Below are positions 22,041 to 35,872 of a stretch of 64,000 bases of DNA, in pieces. Source of the stretch: Camelus ferus (Eukaryota). The stretch spans positions 108,500,001 to 108,564,000 of the forward strand of contig NC_045698.1 in the NCBI RefSeq assembly GCF_009834535.1, read 5' to 3'. Position numbers and translations under genes: made by a program. How positions within the stretch are numbered: the stretch's first letter is position 1; each line of letters begins with the position of its first letter. The notes under the pieces are model-generated. The model searched no databases and had not been told where the DNA came from. It saw only the letters and a program-made list of their open reading frames with translations.

Positions 22041-25000
22041 GCACAGAGGATCAGAGTGACGGCTCTGAAGTTGGAATTCCTCTGTCCGGATTCTGAATCA
22101 TCCACTGAGAGGCTGTGTGACCTTGGGCCAGTTAATTAGCCTCAGCTTTTTCTCCATAAAATGGGGATGGTAATGGTAAGCGAGGAATTCATGGAAAGCA
22201 CGTAGCGGAGTCCCTGTCACGCAGGAAGTGCACAGTGTTGGCTGGCGTTATTATCAAGGGAATGAAAGCTCTGGTTTGTGATGACAGACTTTCAGGGGAC
22301 AGAGTTAACATGGTTCAGGGCACAGGCCGGGGAGTGGGACAGAGCTGGATGTACATCCCAGCTTTGTCACTTATCACATGAATGACTGTGAAAAATTAAT
22401 TAATCTCCCTGAACTTCCGCTTCCTCATGCATGAAATAGGAAAAGAAGAATTATAGAGCTGTTGTGAGGCATAAATGATAGCGCTTAGAGCAGAATTTGG
22501 CACACAGTAAACACTGAAGAGGTGACATAACTATAATAATAAATAAGAAGAGTAGTGTTTCCCCCAGCTAGTGGCAGCCACCCAGAACAGCCGGGTAGTG
22601 GGCAGGATGCCGGCAATGTGTGAGGGAGGGGGTCTACCTGTGGTTAGTGATACTCTTGACACCGGGTTCTGCATATTCCCAGCACATGTAAATTCAATAG
22701 ACTTTAAAGTGGAGTTGGTCAGACAGCTGTCTAGGAGGAGGCTTTTCTCTAGGCTGATAGGCCCTCAGACCAGGTACCCTTCAGCACTAACAATCTATGA
22801 GCCGACTGTTCTTGGGTTAAGCGATAGGTCTGGGAGGACAGCACACACATATATATGGGTGTGGTTATATGAAATCTCTCTGAAAGGTCCTCTTCCCATG
22901 AGACTGCCTGGTGCTAGTGATGCTGAGCAGTTTGCTGTGCAGGGTGGGAGCGCCCTCGTTCTGAATCCTTTCGACATCCTCGGGGTTAAGTTATGTAATG
23001 GGATGTAAACCTTCTTGCCTAGGGAGCACTGGCTAAGGAGGCTGGGTGTTGTGGGTGGAATACATTAAGGTTGGCTGGGTTTCGGATGCCAGCCGGAGAT
23101 CATGGCTCTCACTCTCTATCGGCCTAAGATAACAGGGAGTGAGTGACAGAGTCCAGGGGGCTGAGCATGGGGAGGTTGGATGAGGGGTGGGCAATGCAGC
23201 ATATCCCTCAAGTTCATGGCTGCTACATGGTCAGCTTAACTTAGAAGACTGTGAAACAAGTAACATCGCCAAGCACTTATGCTCATTCCCTACCCAGCTC
23301 TGCCTCGGATACTTTACATTGCACGTACCAAGAAAAATAAGAGTTGAAGGACGTCTGCCTTCAAGGGAGCTTACACATCAACTGTGGATGAAAAGATATA
23401 ACTACACAAGTCATTTGATAACACAAAGGAAAACTAATGAGACCACCCAATGCAAGAAATGCTGTGGAAGCAAGATTAGGTCAATTGTCAAGAACAGTAT
23501 CAACAGATTAATATAGGTAAATGATTTGTATTCATTCATTCATTCCTCATTCTCTCATTTACCAGAATATTGTGTCATCATTGTGTGATGCCCTCTAGGG
23601 ACTGTAAAGAATAAGCTTTATGAAGGCAGAGACATCATCTGTCTTATTCCACTCTACTCCACAGTGTATAACCCATAGGAGACAGGCAACAAAGACTGAA
23701 TTAGACATAGCTCCTTACTTAACCTTTGTGTTTAGATGTATGTGACATTTATGGAGCTCCTAACATGATCTCAGGCTTTTAATTATATAAAATACTAGCA
23801 AACAGAAATGTAGTAGGCATCTGTTAGTTTGATATGCCTGACCTCCATCTTTCTCTACGTCCTCAATGTATCCATTTTCCTTTGGCTGACATCTTAGTAA
23901 GATGGTTACTGAATCTTAATAAGATAATCAGCTAGTTTCTCTGCCTTCCCTTGACTAAGGGATGACTCCTACCCTGAATAAGGCCAGTCTTCAGCTGTAT
24001 GGGACAGATATCACAAATGGCTGGAGCAATGGTGACACTCTGAAGACATGTCCATGAAATCCTCACAGCTAGATTCCCAGAGCTGATGCAGTTTCTGTCT
24101 TCTCCAAGGTCCCGTCTTCAAGCTGGGGAGTGCCTCACATCCTTTCTTCTTCTTGTCTTTAGTTAGCATGCATTAATTTCTGTTCTTGCAATCAAAGAAT
24201 TCAAACTAATAAAGCATGAGTGCTGGATAAAAGCGGGTAAGAGGCACAAACTTCCACGGACATGTGAAAGAAGGACAGAGACCTTTAAACACAGCTAGGA
24301 ATGGGGAGGCACAAGAACTTCGTGGAAGAAGTGGCATTTGAGCTCAGTGTTTAAAGAATGGAAAGAACTGGAGAGGGAAAAGGCAGAAGTTGGGAAGGCT
24401 GTACAGGCTGGAGCAAGAGCATGAGCGAAGACCCAGAACCTAAAGCAAGCCTAGACACATCCCAGAACAGCAGTGTCTGTACTAGAACCCAATGGACGCA
24501 CTGTTCCATGGTCGTAGCCCCGTTACATCTGTGTCAGAAGATGTTCCCTTTCCCATTTTCCATTAAGTCAGAACAACCTGCCCCTCTATGTGTCTCTCCT
24601 CCACTGCCTTGAGCTATATAGGATGTTAGAGCCAAAAGGTCTGGTAGGACCAGCTAGTACTGACCATCTCAGACCCAGCCGATGCTCCAGAGCCCTGCAG
24701 GTGCCCAAGCCACACATGAAGTACCATGTACCTTAGGGGAGCATTAAGTTTACTCCAAGAGTTATATGATCAGTTTTTATTCACCTTCATCTCTACTGCT
24801 TTTCTCCTTTTTTCTACACTACATCTATGCTGGCCTTCTTTCTGTTTCTCAAACTCATCAGTTTTTTCCTGAATCTTGTTATAAAAAGCCTTTGTATTTC
24901 CAATAGATCACAGTGGGGGTGCTCTGCTATGTACAAAACCCTGACTCAGGGCAGGCTGGCTACGAATAGTTTAGCTCCAAGTTCCCCACGAATCTGTGGT

Positions 25001-25520
25001 GCATGATGGGCAAGGGGGTGGCCACCTTTCCACCACACCCCATGTCACAAGACGAATGGCTCTCTGCACCGGACCCTGGTCCTGATGGTTCCTTCTGCCT
25101 GAAACTGCTTCCCTGGCCCTTTTCCTGGCCATCTCCTTCTTATGGTTCACTTCTCAGCTCAAATGTTAGTACCACAGAGAGGGTCTCCCTCACCATCTCA
25201 TCTAAAGTTGCCCCGTCAGTCACTCTCACATTATCCCATGTGATTGCTTTGTAACACGGTAAAATGATCTTGCTGATGTGTACACCATCTCTCTCCCTGC
25301 TCTAGATCCTAAGCTCCATGACAGGGGATTCTTGTCTTCTTATCCAGTGCTGCATCCCCCTGGACCACCACTGCCTAACATGCACCACATGTGCAGTAAA
25401 CATCCATTGGACAGGTGGATGGGTAGATAGATACAAGAAAGATGGATGGAAGAAAGAAGAAATCCCCACCTGTAGAACTACACATCTCCAATGAGTATAA
25501 AAGTTCTATTAGAGGTATTT

Positions 25521-25555
25521 CTCCCTCCCTCTCTCCCTCCCTCTCTCCTTCCCTA

Positions 25556-25611
<56 letters not shown>
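25521..25611. repeat. Compound (CCCT/CT)n-(CA)~15 microsatellite
   Basis: About 60-nt polypyrimidine tract directly joined to a CA run. Confidence 0.95.
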
Positions 25612-25614
<3 letters not shown>

Positions 25615-27761
25615 AGAAACACTGATTTACTGTGAAATCCACTGTCCAGATGGGGAAAATGCAGCCCAGAGAGGGGAAGGGGTTGTTCATACTCCTAGAC
25701 TTGCTTCTTTGCATTTGCTTTTCCAAACCCACGTCAGGCACTGGAACCTATGATCCATCAGTCAAAGTTCTATTTGTCCTTCTCCCTGGCCCTGGTTTTA
25801 TATGTCAGCCCACAAGGTGAGTCTAATTCCAGCCCAGCCTTTATCTAATTCTCACATAGTGTCACATCTCATTGGCTTTCAGTGCCTGGTAATTAATACT
25901 AGTGTCACATAATTAGCACACGAGTCTGATCAGGGGAGGATGCCTCCCCTTCTGCATCTCCCTTTGCTGCCATGTCCCAACTGGGCTCCAGGGCCAGGGT
26001 GAAGAGAGGCCCCAAGAAGCTGAGATGAATCCAAAGCCAAAGGAAGTGCAGCATTGACATGGTGGCTTAACTCCCCAGTCCTGGCAAGGCCTTTAGCAGC
26101 CTGGTGCCCCCCACCTCCAGTTCTGTGCCACATCCTGCCCCAGGTGTCCTGGCTTTTCTACAGTTTCTCTAAGATCCCCTCCTCTCTCTCACCTCAGTGC
26201 CTTTGGATAAACTGGTCCCTTTACCTGGATACTGACACAAGGTGCTTTTAGCATCGTGCGTGCCTATAGTAAGTGCTCAGTAAGCACTAGCTATAATGGG
26301 AGTTATGATCATTTGTTCTATGTTTAACCCCCTTTTTACTCTCTCAAAAAATCCTTTCTTTCCATTAATGTAAAACTGAACTCCTGGTCTAAGCTCTGAG
26401 AGGGCAGAAAACATGTCTGTCTTGCATCATCTCTACATCTCAATTTTCTGGTAACATTAGTTTCTGGTGCTCAATAAACGTTCGTTGGCTTAAACCAATG
26501 AACAATAAGATTTTATCTAATAAATGACAGAGAAGCCCTGGGCATATCTCAGCACCCTGAATGATTTTTGGTTATTGGGGATGGGGACAATTCATTTCTA
26601 TTTTGGTAATTCATTGCATGGCACTCTTAGATCATGCACGCAAGGGAGTAGAACGGGCTGGAGGAGCACTCTTATTGTCCTCTGAGTGACAGACATAAAG
26701 CACATTTGATGTCCCAAGGTTAGAGTCAGATCAAGAAGGTCACTCCCATCTTTAAGAATAGAATTATTCGAGGAGCAGGATGAGTGTCTAAAAGTACTCC
26801 TCACCTACACACACACGCTTTCTGTCTCTCTTCCCCAGAATGAAGCTGTCCTGAAGCCTCATTACCCACTATTTAGAATGAAGCTGCCACATTTCCAGGG
26901 ACTGAAGTCAGGAGCCAAGGAGAAATGTCAGTGTGAGGACTTAAATGAAGTGACAATAAAAAGGGAGTTGCTAATACCAGGAGTTACCTTCCTGGGAGAG
27001 AGCTGTCAGGGCGAGTACTCAGGGCTGGGAGATTTACTGATACTAAGTGGATGGTGCCTTAACCAGGGGTGATTATCAAAGACATTTGGGCGAAGCGAGG
27101 ATGGAATTGGACAGCCTGTGCCACACAGCATGTGGGTTTTCCTGCCTTCACCAATGCCTGCCCTCCTGCCTCCCTGAGAGGGAATTCCTGGCCTCCTTTT
27201 TCACTCGCTCTGACTGTTGGAAACATTCTGCTACAGAATCTCTTGGAGGCAGGAATGTCAGAATCTGACACTCTGGCAGGGTTCCCTGAATGTGCTGCGG
27301 CTCTTCTCTCTTAGCCAGGTCTTTGCTGCCACTCTCCCTGCAACCTGGAACCTTCTTTATGCACCAGAAGCTACACCATACCCCTCTCCTGGCTGATCCC
27401 TGCTTATCTTTCCCTGTCAAATCTGGCTTTTCCTCTTGGAAGCCTTCTCTGAGGTCCCTATCTGTTGGGGTTAGGTGTCCCTGCCTGCACCCTAAACTCA
27501 TCCCTGCCACCACACTTATACAGAAGTGTAATTGACTGGTTCAGTGTTGGTCTCTCCCACTGTCAAGGTGACGGTCCTTGAGGTTGGGGCTTGTCTAGTT
27601 CAGCACTGTGTGTCCTAACATAAAGTCTCAACGAGTGGTAGACGCTGGATGTCAAGTGGTGGATGGGTGGGTGGATGGACGCATGGATGGACCAATAGAA
27701 GAGTTGTGTGTATATATGTTGACTCCCTGGGATGGAAGGGGGATGCATCAAGGACCACCCA

Positions 27762-28044
27762 TTTTTTTTTTATTTTTTTTATTGAAGTATTGTCAGTGTA
27801 CAGTGTTGTCAGTGTACAGTGTTGTGTCAATTTCTGATGTACAGCATAATGCTTCAGTCATACATGAACATATACTCCACCATAAAAAAGAATAAAATAA
27901 TGCCATTTGCAGCAACATCGATGGACCTGGAGATTGCCATTCTAAGTGAAGTAAGCCAGAAAGAGAAAGAAAAATATCATATGATATCACTTATATGTGG
28001 AATCTAGACAAAAAAGACAAACAAACTTATTTACAAAAAAGAGC
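27762..28044 (-). mobile_element. 5'-inverted, truncated L1 insertion with TSD
   Basis: Minus-strand 3' end (27762-~27873) fused to a plus-strand upstream L1 segment (~27871-28042: ccataaaaaagaataaaataatgccatttgcagcaacat.gatggacc...). TSD accaccca(g)tttt at 27754-27765 and 28045-28057. Confidence 0.85.
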
Positions 28045-30064
28045 ACCACCCAGTTTTGAATTTTGTTTCGTTTTAATATCAATGGACCCTAACACATTAT
28101 TGCCTCCTGATCCGTCGTCAGCGGAAGGCAGTGTGCCCCATGAGAGGATTCTCCAGAAACTGAAGCTGACCCACATGCCAGGACTGTTTCTTTCCAACAC
28201 TGCTGGGGGAGAGGGGGCGGGGCGTATCGCAGAGGTCAAGAGCTCCAGCTCTGTGGTCAGCGTGGTGGAGTTCAGATCTCAGCTCCGCCTTGTGCTGGTG
28301 CTGGGCCTCATTTCCCCAACTTGTAACCCACTTTATGGAACAAAAAAGTCAACGCAAGGAAACGTCCTTGGTAGGGTGTTTGTAAGTGCTCAAACGTCAG
28401 CTCTTGACTATGACAGTCAAAGGCACTGTATGCACCACTGGTGTCAGTGAAAGACTCTGCACATAGTCCAGCCTACTCTGATTCAACATGAGCCCAGGCG
28501 TCTGCCTAGCACACAGCAGGGTTCGCGGCTGCTCTGCGGGTTCCCATTTCTCCCCTCCTGCTTGCTGGACCTGACCTGCCAGCTCCACCTCTAGCCTCCG
28601 TTCTGAAGTGCCTTCTCTCATCTACTCTCCACTAGGTAACTAACTCGCACATCAAGTTAAGAATTATATCTGAACTACACTCAAGACCCTGAATGCATCT
28701 AGATTTAGTGCTGGGGTTCACTTACCATCCCAGAGCTCAGAGCCTTTATCTGATTTCTGGGTTTGAAACAGTGCACTGGAGGTTGCTACAAGTAAGACCA
28801 GCAAATAACCAAAGTGTGGTCCATCAGTAAATGTTTTCCAACTAATTAGACTAGAACATAGGATGCTGGAGCCTGAAGGGGCATTAAACATTATACAGTT
28901 CCCACCACCATTTTATAGATGGCAAACGGAGGCCCAGGGAGAACCTGGGATTGACTCAAGGTCACACAAGTACTGTGTTGTGACAAAACCAAGAAGAGAC
29001 TCTTCCAGGCCTTCTGGCATCTAGTCTGGTACTTTTTCTACAAGACCATGTTATCTTTTCTAATTGAATATTCACTGTGACAGATTTAAAGGAATGCACT
29101 ATAACTAATTATATTTCTGAACATTTAACCAATTATACATTCTCCCACAGGCCTTGGGCCTACAGAGTCTTAGTACCCCCCCCCTCCACTTCTCTCTCAC
29201 TGCGATGCTCAGGTTTAGCTGAAATGAGGAGCCAGACTGAAGGTCAGATGCTACACAGTTCTGGGGGCCAGGGTCCATTCGTGTAAAACCAGGCCAGGCT
29301 ACCTTCAAGCCATGCTCTTTTAGGAGCAGTAGGGAAATATACCCTCTCAGCCTTAGAGAATAAAACACTCAGTTTAAGGGAAACGAGATTTGCACAAGGG
29401 AAAAACAGGGAAATAATCTGAGTGGGAAAAAAACATCCTGGCCTCTGTGTCTAAGGAGTTAATCATGTCTACTCTGCACCCATTTCTTCCGCCCCATGCC
29501 ACCTGTTCCTCCTCGACTTCTAAAGTTCCAGCAAGAAGCACTAGCCACAGGGGCCCCAGAGGCCCAACTTAAGGTGCGAAGCCGAGCAGATGACATCAGG
29601 GAATAGATGGGGAATGTGAGATTTATATCCCACCAGATAATATTTCATTGCCGCAAGGAAAGAAGAGCTCCTAAAAATACTGCAGACAGCATATTATAAT
29701 ATTTTAACGGGGTTTATGCACTCCCCATACACACTTCACCCAGTAAGATGGAGCGTGCTTTTTGACAAATCTATATTTAACATGAGAGGACTAATACACA
29801 ATGTATGCTTCCTGGTGGAGAAATCCATAGCTATGGAAATCTTGATTCTGGTGATTACAATAGACATTTAAAGACAGTGCTTATTGTCGGCTGCAAATGG
29901 ATGGAGAGTCCTCATTAGGGTGAAAGAAAAAAATAGTGTGAGTGGTATAGAATACACCTACCCAGCACAGGGGAGCAGGAGGTCCAGGGTGACCCAACTG
30001 TCATGTCTGTTTGAGTCCAGCTCCTCCTCATCCCCTCCTGCAGGTCATGTGCCCCTCTCTTCAA

Positions 30065-30790
30065 GCATTCATTCATTCATTCATTCATTCATTCAACAAA
30101 CATTTACTAAGCACCTACCATGTCCCAGGCACTATGCTGGCTTTGGGACACAAATGAGACCCCTGTTTTCAGGAAATTGACAGTGATCCCAGCAGCCACA
30201 GATATATACAAGCCAAAAAAGAAAATGATTTCAAGTAATCATTGAATTATTAAATTCAAGTATGAAAGATAAGATGAGGGGGTGATAGAGACCTACAGGG
30301 AGATAAGGGGAGGATGGGGTCATTATTTAGAACAAGTGATGAAGAAAGGCCTGTTCAAGGAGGTGAGATTTGAGTTGAGAGAAAACTTCTGGAAAGGAGT
30401 GAGCACTGCAAGGAGGTAAGGGAAGAGCATTGCAGAGTGTCCTGGGCAGAGTGAGCTTGGAGCCTTTAGGAACAGCACCGAAGGCCAGTGTGGCTAGAGC
30501 AGGGAGCAAGGGGAGTGGTGTGAGAGAGGAGGGGGTTACAGGTGCAGGTTTATCTGGCTCTGAGTCATGGTGAGATGTTCAAGAGTTTTTCCTGTGTGCA
30601 ATGGGAAACCTCAAAACTTTTGAGAGATTCTGTACAAGGAAGGGAAATAATGTGTTTCATTTGTGGTTTTTCTCTGTTTTCTATTTTTTTTTTTTTAATT
30701 AAAAGGATCCCTCTAGCTTCTAGGTGGAGGATGGATGTCACTACTGAAAACCGAATGCCATAATGCTGGAGTTCATGAGGGGCACCTTCA
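30065..30790 (+). mobile_element. L2 3' fragment with (TTCA)n end
   Basis: cattcattcattcattcaacaaacatttactaagcacctaccatgtcccaggcactatgct...gaaggccagtgtggctagagcagggagcaagggg...aggatccctctagcttc. Confidence 0.8.
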
Positions 30791-32337
30791 GATACCAGGA
30801 GGGTCATGAAGTGGGTTAAGAGCAGGCATACGAGGTTCTGATTTCAAAGAGTGGTCAGTGAGTGGACTGGGCACCTTGAGAAGTAGTGAGTGCCCAGGAA
30901 CTACAAGCATGCAAGCAGATGTTAAAGGCCACCTGCCAGATCCCCTATAGATGGCATGCTGCTTTACATTAGAAGTCAGACAGATGATGTGTGTGGTTCT
31001 GTTACAATCTTTAACAGATGATTTTTCAAGGGCATAAAGCGAGGGTCTAGGAACTGACTGAAAACTAAGATGCAGAGTAGGCAATTGGGTCCCAATGGCT
31101 ACTGGCATTCCTCAGTGCAGCATGGCCCAGTGCATCAGTAACATGTTTAAAAACATTCACCAACAAAGGGTCTGGGGGATGTAGGAATTTGACAAAATTT
31201 GGTTAAAATTGATCAGGATCCTCACAATCTTTTATGTAGCTAGTAGCAAAAACCAAGAGGAGGACAGAGTTTGGCCATTTCCCAAATTTATTTGCCCAGA
31301 GAAGCCTTTTCTTTTTTAGGAGGCTTTTTTATTTTATAGGGCTACAGTTTCATGGATCACATTTGGGCAATGCTCATGCAGCATAATTTGAGACCCCCAT
31401 CTACAAAGGCAGTGTAGGGTCATGGAGGAAGGTGATGTGGTAAAGAGAGCAGAGGCTCTAAGAGCACCAGCTTTTTCATTTTAAAATAAAATTTATAATA
31501 TCAAAGTCACAGGGTTGTGATGAGAACTAAATAGCCTAGCATATGCTGCAAAGCACCCTAAAATACGGTTACTGTGATGAAGATGACTTGTCTCCCTCAC
31601 CATCCACATTAAGATGGTAATTTCCAGGTACTGCGGTGGCATTGGGGTTGGGCACTTGACTGCAGCAAAGACCATGAACCCTCATCCTACATCACACATT
31701 AAAGTGAAGTTTAGCAGCTGAATGCCTGCAGCTTGGCGCCCTAACTTTGGTCTTTTTAGCATGATATTCTAAGCAGCAGTGTAACCAGACACAAGCCAGT
31801 ATGGGTAACTGTACAGGAATCTTACAATGTGGCACCTGTGGGGATGTTCACAGAGCTATTCTACTACTACGGCTGACACACTGTGGGGCCTGAAAAATCA
31901 GCCAGCAGGATGAACAAATACACAATGCGCATCGCAGAGAAATGTACACTGAAAGCTAAGGGTAGGCTGAGAAAATCAACATCTGTTTTCTTAAATGTGC
32001 GTCAGCAGCAAGCTGGCAGACCTTCTTCCTGTAGCATCTTATTATGCGTTGCCTCAAAGCAATGGGCAGTGTCATAGAAAGATCACTGGATTAGGGCCCA
32101 GATACCTGCCCAACTCAGATATGTTCCAGCTGTGCTACCTTGGACATGCTCATTAACTTTCTGAGCCTTGGTTTTTCCCTTTAAAAAAATGACCCAGCCT
32201 TCCTTTTCCTGCCTTAATAAGGTCATTGTGCAGATAAAGTGAGTGAACTTACAAAAATGCTTTGTATACATTTATAATTAATAACCATGACAACACCAGG
32301 CATGGAATTGGTACCTAACAAGCATTTGCATTAGACA

Positions 32338-32500
32338 GATGGATGGGTGGGTTGGACAGATGTATGGGTGAATGGATGCAAAGATGGGTAAAAGGGATGG
32401 ACAGTTGGAAGACTGGTGGGTTGAAAGGATGGATGGATGGATTGGTTGGATGGGTAGATGACGGATGATGGGTTGCATGGATAGATTAGTGGATGAATTA
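32338..32500. repeat. Degenerate (GGAT)n array about 70 nt upstream of GRIA1 exon 3, probably L2-tail derived
   Basis: gatggatgggtgggttggacagatg...ggatggatggatggg. Confidence 0.75.
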
Positions 32501-32501
32501 G

Positions 32502-32942
<441 letters not shown>

Positions 32943-34562
32943 TGATTTTCCCATAGCTGATCTATAACTCACAGTGTGGAAACACATCCTTGAAGAGAAT
33001 AATCCCCTTAATGCACCATGTCTCTCTACTGCTCACTAAGCTTCCATGGGTCCTGAGCCCAGACTCAGACGTCAAGGACCTCAGCTGAATGGCTCCTGGC
33101 TCATGGCACAGTTTTTAGGAGTAGAGACTCTGGAGTCAGACAGACCTGGATCTGAATTCCATGTTTTTTCCTCTCCGGCTGTTTGACTTTGGGCAAGCTC
33201 CCTCTGCCTCAGTTTGATTATTTATGCAGTGGGAATAAAATCCTCTATTCCTTCATTTCCTCATCTCTGTAATGAAGATAGAACTGGTCCCTACCTCATA
33301 AAGTTGTGAGGATTGGACAAGACGATGACTAGAAAGTGACTGGAAAGTTCCTACGACATAATGAACGTGTAGAGTCTTCTGTACGTGGTAACTGCTAATA
33401 TCATCATCACCACCATCATCACCATCAATCCTTTCTATAATTCTGCCTCCACCTAAGTCTTGAATTTTCCATCACATTTCCTAAATGTTTCCAACACTTC
33501 TTTTTTTTTTCTTCTCTACATCTTTGCTCGGGTAATTCCAGTTTCTGGGATTACACTGGCCTTCTCAGATCTGCACACGCAAATTCCTCCTTTGTTTTGC
33601 AACCTCCTCAAACACCACTGTGTCTATTTCCTGACCTCCTAGATGGAAACACTCTTCTTTGTACTAACTCCTGTGGTGGGTGTGTTGTACCAGCCTTCCT
33701 CCCCCTGGTAGACTAAACAGTCCTGCAAGAACTTAGCCGTTATTGATGCAAATAAATAAATGGATCATACAAAGTCTGGGAAATGAGGCATAGGAGTTTT
33801 GCCCTCAGCAAAAGGGAGGTTTTATAGGAGGCTGCCTTTAAGGACGCTTAGAAGACTTTTGATTAGGAGAGTGGCTTGTGAAATGGTTTTTTAGGAAGAG
33901 TTAGGCAGGCAGTATTCAATGAGAATTAGCTGGCAGAAGAGACCAGAAGCACTCTATTTTCTTCGATTTTCCCTTCCCTCTGTTTTGATGATTTCCCTTC
34001 TCAGACAAGAAGCCATTATAAGGATGACCTGCAGATGGGCTATTTCAGGACAGCTTTGCAGCATAATGAGGCTTGAGGCCTGGAAGTGGCAAAGCCAGAA
34101 AAATGTCATTTTCATCACACAGGATCATCTCTGGGGTCAGTTAGCAAAAGTGGCTGTACTCTTAAAGGGACTCCGCCTACCTCACAACTCTGAGCTCAGA
34201 GCCATTTGCTAGCTGTGTGACCTTGGGTCAATGACTAAATCTCTCTGAACCTCAATTTCCACATTTGTGAAACATGGATAATAATGGTACCCACCTGACT
34301 GAATTAAGTGAACTGAAGACAAGAAAGCTAATAGAGCAGTTCCAAACACATAGTAAATTTTCAGTAAATGTGAGGCTTAAGCACACCAAACGTGTACTAA
34401 AAAGAAAGAAAGATAGGAAGAGACAGCAGAATCAGTCTACAGATGATTCTTTAGATCAGGCACCACACTGGTCACTGTGGGAGGGATCAGGAATGTTATG
34501 GGGAGACAGAAATGATATATGTACAAAGACTGATTAATGATGCCAGAATGAAAAAAAACATC

Positions 34563-35065
34563 TGTTGCAGGCAGAATAATGACCTCCCTTTCCCCGCAAA
34601 GATGTCTGTGCTCTAATTCCTGGAATCTGTGAATATGTTACGTTAAATGGCGAGAGGGATTAAGGTTACAGATGGAATTCACGATGTTAATCAACTGACT
34701 TTAAGATAGAGATTATCCTGGATTATTTGGGCGCCCTCAATGTAATCTCAAGGGTCCTCCAGTGTGCAGGTTGGAGGCAGAAGAGTCAGTGTCAGAGTAA
34801 GATGTGAGAAAGACCTGACCAGTCACGGCTGGTTTGGAAGATGGAAGAGGCTATAAACCAAGAAAAGCAGACATCTTCTAGAAGCTGGAAAGGCAAGAAA
34901 AGTTTCTCCCCTAGACCCTCCTGAAAATAACACAGTCCTGCCAATACCCTGATTTTAGCCCAGGGAGATTTATTTCAAACACTGGACCTCTGGCCGTGTA
35001 AGATAATAAATGTGTTAAGTCGCTAAGTTTGCGGTGTGTTACAGCCACAGTAGGTAACTAATACA
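34563..35065 (+). mobile_element. MLT1D-like ERVL-MaLR solo LTR, 503 nt
   Basis: TG...CA termini (tgttgcaggcagaataatg...taggtaactaataca). Internal gatgtctgtgctctaattcctggaatctgtgaatatgttac and ctagaagctggaaaggcaagaaa. 5-bp TSD acatc/ccatc. Confidence 0.9.
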
Positions 35066-35599
35066 CCATCTGTGTCTCAAAGATGAAACAAAGCAGTATC
35101 GAGTAATGGACTCCCCTATTACTTAGCTATAAATCAGAAGAGAGTGGTTTAATTGAGTGCGCACTGATTGAATACTTACTGTGTGAGAGGCAAGTACTAG
35201 GTACAGAGATGTACCAAACATTCGCGGATCTGATTGACAGTTATTAGGTGCTGTTGATATCAGATTGGCACATTTCACACGCAGTTGCTAAATGCCTAAT
35301 AGTAATCCATATTTATAAAACCCTTGCCACGTGGGAGACATTCTCATTCAATTCTCATGATGACACTGTGAGGTGGGCATTATTAACAGCACCGTTTTAC
35401 CATTGAAGACAGTTCAGAGAGGCAAATTAGTCTGTACAAGATCATTTAACCAGTATAGCGTAGCTTCAAGATTTGAGCCTCAGATTATATTTTTAATCTC
35501 TTGCTCTGTTGCCTGCTATGTTTTGGAACCAGAGACACAAAAGAGACCCAGAGCCTGCCCTGAGAGAGCTCAGACTTGCCCAGAGAAAGATGGAGCTGA

Positions 35600-35872
<273 letters not shown>

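Noticed and set aside
29771-29837. MEF2-consensus CTATATTTAA and 14-bp palindrome tccatagctatgga
   Set aside because: Roughly a dozen MEF2 consensus matches are expected by chance in this window, and a single 14-bp palindrome is unremarkable. It cannot be supported without conservation data.
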